A stretch of DNA of 64,000 nt from a virus (lineage: Duplodnaviria > Caudoviricetes), in the IMG/VR virus record IMGVR_UViG_3300028591_000072, positions 192,001 to 256,000 of that record. One strand, 5' to 3'. The stretch's first letter is position 1. Every line of letters begins with the position of its first letter. Below, one piece after another: positions 58,376 through 64,000 of this stretch. The notes under the pieces were generated by a model. It did no database searches. It was not told the origin of the DNA and saw nothing but the letters and a program-made list of their open reading frames with translations. Made by a program: the position numbers and the translations under genes.

Positions 58376-59191
58376 ATGGAAATTAATGAGAAAATATATC
58401 CGAGAATTATACTTGGAATGGATATAAGCACCGCTTGTATTGGCGTTTGTGTTGTTAAGGATTGTGGAGATGGCGATAAACCTGAAATATTGTATATAGG
58501 CCATAAAACCCCCAAAGTATCAAATAAGATTAAAGGAATAGAATCTTTGTTCATTAAAAAGCAAATATTTGAAGAAGAATTTTTGCCTGAAATATCAAAT
58601 GCTTTTAATATAACAGATGTTATTATAGAAGAGCCATTGCTTTCATCTAATAATGTAAATACGGTTGCTACGCTTTTAAGGTTCAACGGAATGATTTCGG
58701 AGGCAATTTACAGAATAATTGGCGTAGTTCCAAATTTCATATCTTCCTATGATGCGAGGCTTTATTCTTTTCCTGAACTTGTTTCTATAAGAAAATATAA
58801 CAAAAAAGGTGAAGAATACCCATTAAAACATATCAAAAAGGCTATAGAAGAACAAAAGGCCGTTTTATTTGGCTCTTATCCATTTGATGTGGACAAGAAA
58901 ATGGTTATGATGAATATGGTGAATGAATTGTACCATGACGGAGAAATTGAATGGATATATAATAAAAAAGGCGAATTAAAAAAGGAAAATTTCGATGCTT
59001 GCGATTCTCTTATATGCGCACTTGCTTATGTAAATATAAATCACCATGGAATTGATAGTGTTAAAATTGAGGAAGCAAAATATTTGCCAATAACAGAAAG
59101 CAAAGAAATAAGGATTGATTATAAAGAAAAAATATGGAATAGGGTGTATGACAAGGTTTTAATAATTGAAACTGACTACTCCCACAGTTAA
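58376..59191 (+). CDS. RuvC-like Holliday junction resolvase (RNase H fold)
   Basis: ILGMDISTACIGV (catalytic D), VIIEEP (E), L.RFNGMI, FDACDSLICA (DxxD). Confidence 0.8.
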   Translation: MEINEKIYPRIILGMDISTACIGVCVVKDCGDGDKPEILYIGHKTPKVSNKIKGIESLFIKKQIFEEEFLPEISNAFNITDVIIEEPLLSSNNVNTVATLLRFNGMISEAIYRIIGVVPNFISSYDARLYSFPELVSIRKYNKKGEEYPLKHIKKAIEEQKAVLFGSYPFDVDKKMVMMNMVNELYHDGEIEWIYNKKGELKKENFDACDSLICALAYVNINHHGIDSVKIEEAKYLPITESKEIRIDYKEKIWNRVYDKVLIIETDYSHS

Positions 59192-59208
59192 AACTGTGGG
59201 GTTCTTGG
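59170..59208 (+). mobile_element. Orphan IS200/IS605-family end-like hairpin (no transposase in window)
   Basis: GACTACTCCCACAG-TTAAAA-CTGTGGGGTTCTT resembles the ACTACCCC..CTAAAG..GGGGTT terminal hairpin pattern of IS200/IS605 elements. Confidence 0.5.
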
Positions 59209-59327
59209 GGCAAGATAATTGGGATTTGTTTAAAAAATTCTATTATGATAATTTTGTTTTGAATTGTGAAAAATTGACAAAAGGTATGGTAATTGAAATA
59301 GAAAAATTTTTAAGATATAGAGGCGTT

Positions 59328-59383
59328 GATGTTAATAAGGTTATAAAGTGTATAAGATGTTAATAAGGCTATAAAGTGTATAA
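59328..59383 (+). repeat. 28-bp tandem duplication (1 mismatch)
   Basis: GATGTTAATAAGGTTATAAAGTGTATAA then GATGTTAATAAGGCTATAAAGTGTATAA. Confidence 0.9.
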
Positions 59384-59400
59384 ATAGTATTTGTATTTTT

Positions 59401-59424
59401 AAAGCGGTTAAAACCGCTTTTTTT
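59401..59424 (+). terminator. Rho-independent terminator
   Basis: AAAGCGGT-TAAA-ACCGCTTT followed by a T run. Confidence 0.75.
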
Positions 59425-59458
59425 ATTTTTTAAAATATAGTAATTTTGTGTAAAGATG

Positions 59459-59467
59459 ACTATTTAT
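59459..59467 (+). promoter_or_regulatory. Putative late-promoter motif ACTATTTAT
   Basis: Exact motif upstream of the ATG at 59480/59501, heading the last structural operon. Confidence 0.6.
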
Positions 59468-59479
59468 GATTAAGTAATA

Positions 59480-60589
59480 ATGAGAAATAAATCTAATTTT
59501 ATGTCAGAATATTTAAACGACCCAAGAGAAAGGGCCATAAGGCCGGATAAAGGGATTACGCTTGAAGAAGACGATAGATTTGAAACAATGTATCATTGGG
59601 GCGCTATGGTGCTTGATTTGTGCGATTTTCCAATAGAAGAATACATGAAGCCTATGACTGTTATTTGCCAGGGTGGAAGTGGCGGAGGAGGAGATTCAGA
59701 ATCAGGTGGCACGCCAACCCCAACAAAAAGAAATGTTTCAATAATAATTGATGTCATAAGTCCTGAAGGCAATGTTATTGGTCCGGATGGAAGCATAATA
59801 GGAACAACTGATGGTGACGGAACGTGGAAAGTAAGATGGGAATGGGATAAGGATTATAGTGTTGTTATTGCATCTTCTGTAAATCTATATGATAATAATG
59901 GGCAAGAGTATGTTGTTAATGCCTTGTTAATGGATAATAACAATAATAAATATGAAGCCATAATACAAGGAATTGGTGACAATAGCATTGAAAGGATTGG
60001 AAGCTTTGGTATTGGTACAAATCCAAATGAAGCAACAAATACAGATATTAATATTAATGATTCCACATCAAATATTGTTTATTCGATAAGCATAAAGCCA
60101 AATTCAGGACAGGAATCCATTGAGTATAACATATATTATGGGGCAAAATCAAAAAGTGAGAATTTGCGTAACGATGAACTTGAAAATATATTATTAAAGG
60201 AAGCAAACAATGAAGGAGGAGTTGCTATTGAATTTTTAGTTCCAATTTCAGACGTTTACGAAGCGGAATCTGAATTGTTTGATAATGGTGAATCTCCATA
60301 TGATGGTGACGATGCACAAGATATTTGGGATTCGTGGTCAGAACAATATGAAAATGAAAATAGATATACATTTAGATTATATATACCTGTTGAAATAGAA
60401 GGAAATTATACCTATAATTTGTTTAATGACAATGCCGGACAATTAACAGATGCAAATCTTGTAAAAACAAATAACACACGAACAATTAATGATATTGAAT
60501 ATTCTGAATATGTTAATGAAGATATTAATTATGCATATGATGATAAAATTCGCTCATTTAAATTGGTTTTTATAATAACTGATAAATAA
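59480..60589 (+). CDS. Hypothetical acidic virion protein
   Basis: 369 aa; short N-terminal domain, GGSGGGGDSESGGTPTP linker, beta-rich remainder. Start could be 59501. Confidence 0.65.
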   Translation: MRNKSNFMSEYLNDPRERAIRPDKGITLEEDDRFETMYHWGAMVLDLCDFPIEEYMKPMTVICQGGSGGGGDSESGGTPTPTKRNVSIIIDVISPEGNVIGPDGSIIGTTDGDGTWKVRWEWDKDYSVVIASSVNLYDNNGQEYVVNALLMDNNNNKYEAIIQGIGDNSIERIGSFGIGTNPNEATNTDININDSTSNIVYSISIKPNSGQESIEYNIYYGAKSKSENLRNDELENILLKEANNEGGVAIEFLVPISDVYEAESELFDNGESPYDGDDAQDIWDSWSEQYENENRYTFRLYIPVEIEGNYTYNLFNDNAGQLTDANLVKTNNTRTINDIEYSEYVNEDINYAYDDKIRSFKLVFIITDK

Positions 60590-60597
60590 ATTTAAGA

Positions 60598-62901
60598 ATG
60601 GCTAATTTAACTCAAAAACTAAATTATCCAAAAGGCTATGTGGATGAGGTGATGTCCGTTGAGACATTCGCTGATTTGTTGAATGTACCAAACGGAAATA
60701 GATTCATTGGTCTTACTGTTACTGTTTTGAATTTATATAACGGATTTCCTGCTGATTTTTGGCTAGTTGGAGGAACTGCAAAGAAAAACTGGAAATTAAA
60801 GAATTTGCCACAAGTAGATTCAAAAAACGATTTGAATGAAATTAAGGAGTTGTGCGTTTTTTCTAATTCGCAAGGAACTTTTAATTTAATAGATAATGGT
60901 TTTATTGCATCAACAAAGGATGGGAAAAGTTATACGTTTAATGGTGATGCGGGTATTTCTGAGTGGAATGAATATTTTGGAGAAATGGGGCCACAAGGCT
61001 ATCAAGGACCACAGGGTGCCGATGGCGCTAATGGTGCTGACGGAGAGCAAGGCTATCAAGGACCACAAGGTGCTGATGGCATTGATGGTGCTGACGGAGC
61101 GCAAGGCTATCAAGGACCACAAGGTGCTGATGGCATTGATGGTGCTGACGGAGCGCAAGGCTACCAAGGACAACAAGGCGCTGATGGGGTAGATGGTGTT
61201 GACGGAGCGCAAGGCTACCAAGGTCCTCAGGGTTCCGATGGCGTTAATGGTATTGACGGAGCACAAGGTTATCAAGGACCTAAGGGTTCCGATGGCGTTA
61301 ATGGTATTGACGGAGCACAAGGCTACCAAGGTCCTCAGGGTTCCGATGGCGTTAATGGTATTGACGGAGCACAAGGTTATCAAGGACCTAAGGGTTCTGA
61401 TGGAACAAGCGTTACTATATTAGGAACACTTGGCGATGAATCAGAACTTTATGATATAGAAAATCCTTCAAATGGTGACGGATATATTATATACGGTGAT
61501 TTGTGGGTTTATAATGGAGGCGATTGGACAAATGTCGGACCAATTAAAGGACCACAAGGTCCTCAAGGCGCTGACGGTGCTGACGGAGCGCAAGGCTACC
61601 AAGGACCTCAAGGCGCTGATGGTGCTGACGGTGCTGACGGAGCACAAGGTTATCAAGGACCTCAGGGTGCTGATGGCGCTGATGGTGCTGACGGAGCACA
61701 AGGTTATCAAGGACCTCAAGGCGCTGATGGTGCTGACGGAGCACAAGGTTATCAAGGACCTCAAGGCGCTGATGGTGCAGGTATTACAACAAACGATATA
61801 ATAGTTGCCGGTGGTCCACTTTCAGATGATGTTCAAGATAATTGGCCATCTGAATGGACTGATTTGCAAGGAAATAAAATAATACCATCGGGTTCTACAC
61901 TTGATGAAATTTTATCAAAGTTGTTCAGTAAAGAAACATGGTACATGCCATCTATAACATATGGATGGAATAATACAATAACGAAAGCACCAACTGTAAA
62001 TATTTCAACAGCACAAACTGGGAACATTGGAAACGCAACGTTAGAGGTTGGTACTATAGTATATTTCAATGGAGCAACAGCAAATACATCAGATGTAACA
62101 TATAAAGTTGAATCGAGTGGATGTGATAATGGATATAAGAAATTTGAAAACGGCTCTCATATTGAAGGAAACTATTCAAAAACATATACTTGCGTAAAAA
62201 CAGGTGACTATAATTTAGAAGCATATGCAACTGGATTCAAATCTGATACTGGTGGTACAGCAACTGCATATATAACTACGCCTAATGCTAATTCCAACAT
62301 TCCTGCTGAAAATAGTCCAATGTATGTGAATGATGGCCAAAATTATGTAACTGCAAGCCAAACAGGAAGAACATATAATCCTGTTAGCAGTGCCGATTTT
62401 GAATCTTTTGTTTTGCTTGCTGCATCAAATATGAATAATTATTCTCAAGATTATTCTGCTGATGTTAACTATTTACAATATGAAGGACGTTCAGTAACAG
62501 CAAGCGGAACAAAGAAAAGTTCTACTATAACTGGATATCGTAAGTATTTCTATGGATTATTGGATAATGAAATTTCTGCAAATATGATTAATTCAAATAC
62601 GATTAGAAATTTGACAGGCTCAACGGCAGCAGCAAATGGAAACCAATGGACATTAGACATTGTTGCAGGAAAAGCACAAGTGATAATCGCAGTTCCAAAG
62701 TCTCAGTTTAATTCAATTGAAGTTTTCCAAGTATCAATTAATGATAATATACAAAATGTTGCAAGGGCAAATTGGAAAGAAGTTAATGTGGCGGGAGCAA
62801 ATGGATATAAGCCAATAACATATGTTGTTTGGAGTTATTCAACGGCATCTGGCTCGTTCCCTGCAAACGATACGTATAAAATAACATTTAAAAATGTATA
62901 A
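60598..62901 (+). CDS. Collagen-like fibre/decoration protein with C-terminal beta domains
   Basis: Two long uninterrupted G-X-Y tracts (GAQGYQGPQGADGAD) separated by a GDGYII.GDLWVY..GDWTNVGPIKG knuckle; S/T/N-rich C-terminal domains. Confidence 0.85.
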   Translation: MANLTQKLNYPKGYVDEVMSVETFADLLNVPNGNRFIGLTVTVLNLYNGFPADFWLVGGTAKKNWKLKNLPQVDSKNDLNEIKELCVFSNSQGTFNLIDNGFIASTKDGKSYTFNGDAGISEWNEYFGEMGPQGYQGPQGADGANGADGEQGYQGPQGADGIDGADGAQGYQGPQGADGIDGADGAQGYQGQQGADGVDGVDGAQGYQGPQGSDGVNGIDGAQGYQGPKGSDGVNGIDGAQGYQGPQGSDGVNGIDGAQGYQGPKGSDGTSVTILGTLGDESELYDIENPSNGDGYIIYGDLWVYNGGDWTNVGPIKGPQGPQGADGADGAQGYQGPQGADGADGADGAQGYQGPQGADGADGADGAQGYQGPQGADGADGAQGYQGPQGADGAGITTNDIIVAGGPLSDDVQDNWPSEWTDLQGNKIIPSGSTLDEILSKLFSKETWYMPSITYGWNNTITKAPTVNISTAQTGNIGNATLEVGTIVYFNGATANTSDVTYKVESSGCDNGYKKFENGSHIEGNYSKTYTCVKTGDYNLEAYATGFKSDTGGTATAYITTPNANSNIPAENSPMYVNDGQNYVTASQTGRTYNPVSSADFESFVLLAASNMNNYSQDYSADVNYLQYEGRSVTASGTKKSSTITGYRKYFYGLLDNEISANMINSNTIRNLTGSTAAANGNQWTLDIVAGKAQVIIAVPKSQFNSIEVFQVSINDNIQNVARANWKEVNVAGANGYKPITYVVWSYSTASGSFPANDTYKITFKNV
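60979..61404 (+). repeat. Collagen-coding tandem repeat, approximately 54-nt unit
   Basis: CAAGG(C/T)TA(C/T)CAAGGACC.CA.GG.GC.GATGGC...GGTGCTGACGGAG repeated about 8 times. Confidence 0.9.
61549..61782 (+). repeat. Second collagen-coding tandem repeat (45/54-nt units)
   Basis: GADGADGAQGYQGPQ units with variable GAD copy number. Confidence 0.9.
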
Positions 62902-62915
62902 TGGAGGTATAATAG

Positions 62916-63479
62916 ATGAGTGCTAAAGTATTTACAAAAGAAGAATTATCAAATATTTCTGTTATAAGTTTACCAAAAGCGTATCAAAGGGCTGACCAAA
63001 TACCGCTTGACCCAAGTACGATATTTGCATCATATGCAGATGCCATTGAATATGCAAGTGGTGAAAGTACTTATGGGGATATTTCATATGCTGGACAAAT
63101 TTTATCAGTAATAAATCAATCTGAAAGTAGGGTTGATGTTTATAAAATAGATTATGACGGAAGCTTAGTAAAAATTGGAGAAGGAGAATCTAAAACTCTT
63201 TCTGCACAAACATATAGCAGTGCTCTTTTGTTGGCTGAATCTGATAATATAGGAAGTATAATAAATGTAACTAATTCTGAAACAATAAGTGGAGAAACAT
63301 ATTCTTCGGGCCTTTATATTGTTACTGGTCAAGGAACCGTTTCAAAATTGGGTGTTACATCAGCAACTGGTGATGTTGAGGGTGATGTAGAGGCGCTTAA
63401 AGGTCGGGTTAGTGTGTTAGAATTAACTGTTTCTGCAATTTCAGAATCTTGTTATTGGATTGAAGGTGATAATGAATAA
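62916..63479 (+). CDS. Hypothetical fibre-associated protein
   Basis: 187 aa; QRADQIPLDPSTIF.SYADA..YA...YAGQILSV module, short C-terminal coiled coil. Confidence 0.65.
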   Translation: MSAKVFTKEELSNISVISLPKAYQRADQIPLDPSTIFASYADAIEYASGESTYGDISYAGQILSVINQSESRVDVYKIDYDGSLVKIGEGESKTLSAQTYSSALLLAESDNIGSIINVTNSETISGETYSSGLYIVTGQGTVSKLGVTSATGDVEGDVEALKGRVSVLELTVSAISESCYWIEGDNE

Positions 63480-63505
63480 ATTTTAAAACAGTTTAATGAA
63501 TAGAT

Positions 63506-63937
63506 ATGGCAAAACACTTAGTTAGAAATTGGAAAGGGTCAAGGGGCTCATATAATTTGTTAAAGGCCAATAATATGATTGACCCATGGACAAAGTATTA
63601 TGTTGTTGACAATGATGGATTTAGTCAATCCATTACTGAATATTTTGGCCTAAACCCAATCAATACAAATAATGGGGATTTTGTTGCTGTTAATGATATT
63701 CTTGACGAAGCGCCATTAGAACCAAATCCATATGACAGATTTTTGATAGGTGATGATGAAAATGGCTATCATATATATGAATATACCCCAATTAAAAATA
63801 GCGATGTCCTTGATTGCTCAATAACAGATTTTGATTGGAAACGTGGAGTTAGAGTTCGTTCAATGGGCCTAAAATGTTATGTTTATTTTAATGGCAAACT
63901 AATCACATATGATGATGTTGATTGTGGAGAATTTTAA
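63506..63937 (+). CDS. Small fibre-associated protein ending in DCGEF
   Basis: WKGSRGSYNLL...DPWTKYYVV motif; C-terminal VDCGEF like 44533 and 47581. Confidence 0.7.
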   Translation: MAKHLVRNWKGSRGSYNLLKANNMIDPWTKYYVVDNDGFSQSITEYFGLNPINTNNGDFVAVNDILDEAPLEPNPYDRFLIGDDENGYHIYEYTPIKNSDVLDCSITDFDWKRGVRVRSMGLKCYVYFNGKLITYDDVDCGEF

Positions 63938-63964
63938 TATTCGATTTTTTTAATGTATTTATAG

Positions 63965-63997
63965 AATCCCATAACATTTTTGTTGTGGGATTTTTTG
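63965..63997 (+). terminator. Rho-independent terminator
   Basis: AATCCCATAACA-TTTT-TGTTGTGGGATT followed by a T run. Confidence 0.8.
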
Positions 63998-64000
63998 TTT

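Noticed and set aside
58376-59191. TnpB/Cas12-like nuclease associated with the IS-like hairpin
   Set aside because: Only 271 aa with the first catalytic Asp at the very N-terminus, no HTH/wedge region and no zinc ribbon; fits a stand-alone RuvC resolvase.
59166-59363. 65-aa ORF with TTG start
   Set aside because: Begins inside the resolvase, reads through the IS-like hairpin (KLTTPTVKTVGF) and ends in the tandem duplication; more likely non-coding.
60979-61782. Possible CRISPR array
   Set aside because: Repeats are in-frame codon repeats with no unique spacers; no cas genes. The 28-bp duplication at 59328 has no spacer either.
60896-61801. Several repetitive alternative-frame ORFs
   Set aside because: By-products of the collagen-coding tandem repeats.
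1-64000. tRNA/rRNA genes, introns or inteins
   Set aside because: Intergenic gaps are short and AT-rich with no cloverleaf; no intein splice or LAGLIDADG/HNH motifs recognised in the large ORFs.

Overview
AT-rich (roughly 30% GC by eye), gene-dense segment of a large tailed phage genome, most likely a contractile-tailed jumbo phage of Bacteroidota. The host call rests on a Bacteroidota-type sigma-70 region 2 signature, BACON-like and BspA-type LRR domains, and mostly SD-less AT-rich starts. 1-48.9 kb and 59.5-64 kb hold plus-strand virion genes: a collagen/S74-chaperone tail fibre, gp25- and gp6-like baseplate wedges, giant structural proteins, a 2.7k-aa LamG/CotH-kinase-like/BspA-LRR protein, and a family of fibre proteins sharing modules and a C-terminal DCG[DE][WYF] tag. 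A four-gene glycosylation cassette is embedded among them (NDP-sugar epimerase, two paralogous HxKG GT-like proteins, and a four-domain GT4-DUF4422-GT2/92-DUF4422 enzyme). 48.9-58.3 kb is a minus-strand block: DUF1360-like protein, holin, putative head-internal (L/I)xE-rich proteins (one carrying a DUF4259-like domain), a sigma-70 factor, an SbcC/gp46 ATPase and an RHH protein. It is followed by a RuvC-like resolvase and an orphan IS200/IS605-like hairpin. Two recurrent promoter-like motif classes separate structural genes (ACTATTTAT) from non-structural genes (TTG/TTT-N16/17-TATATT). No rRNA, tRNA, CRISPR array, integrase or reverse transcriptase was seen. All domain calls are from motif recognition by eye, not database searches.
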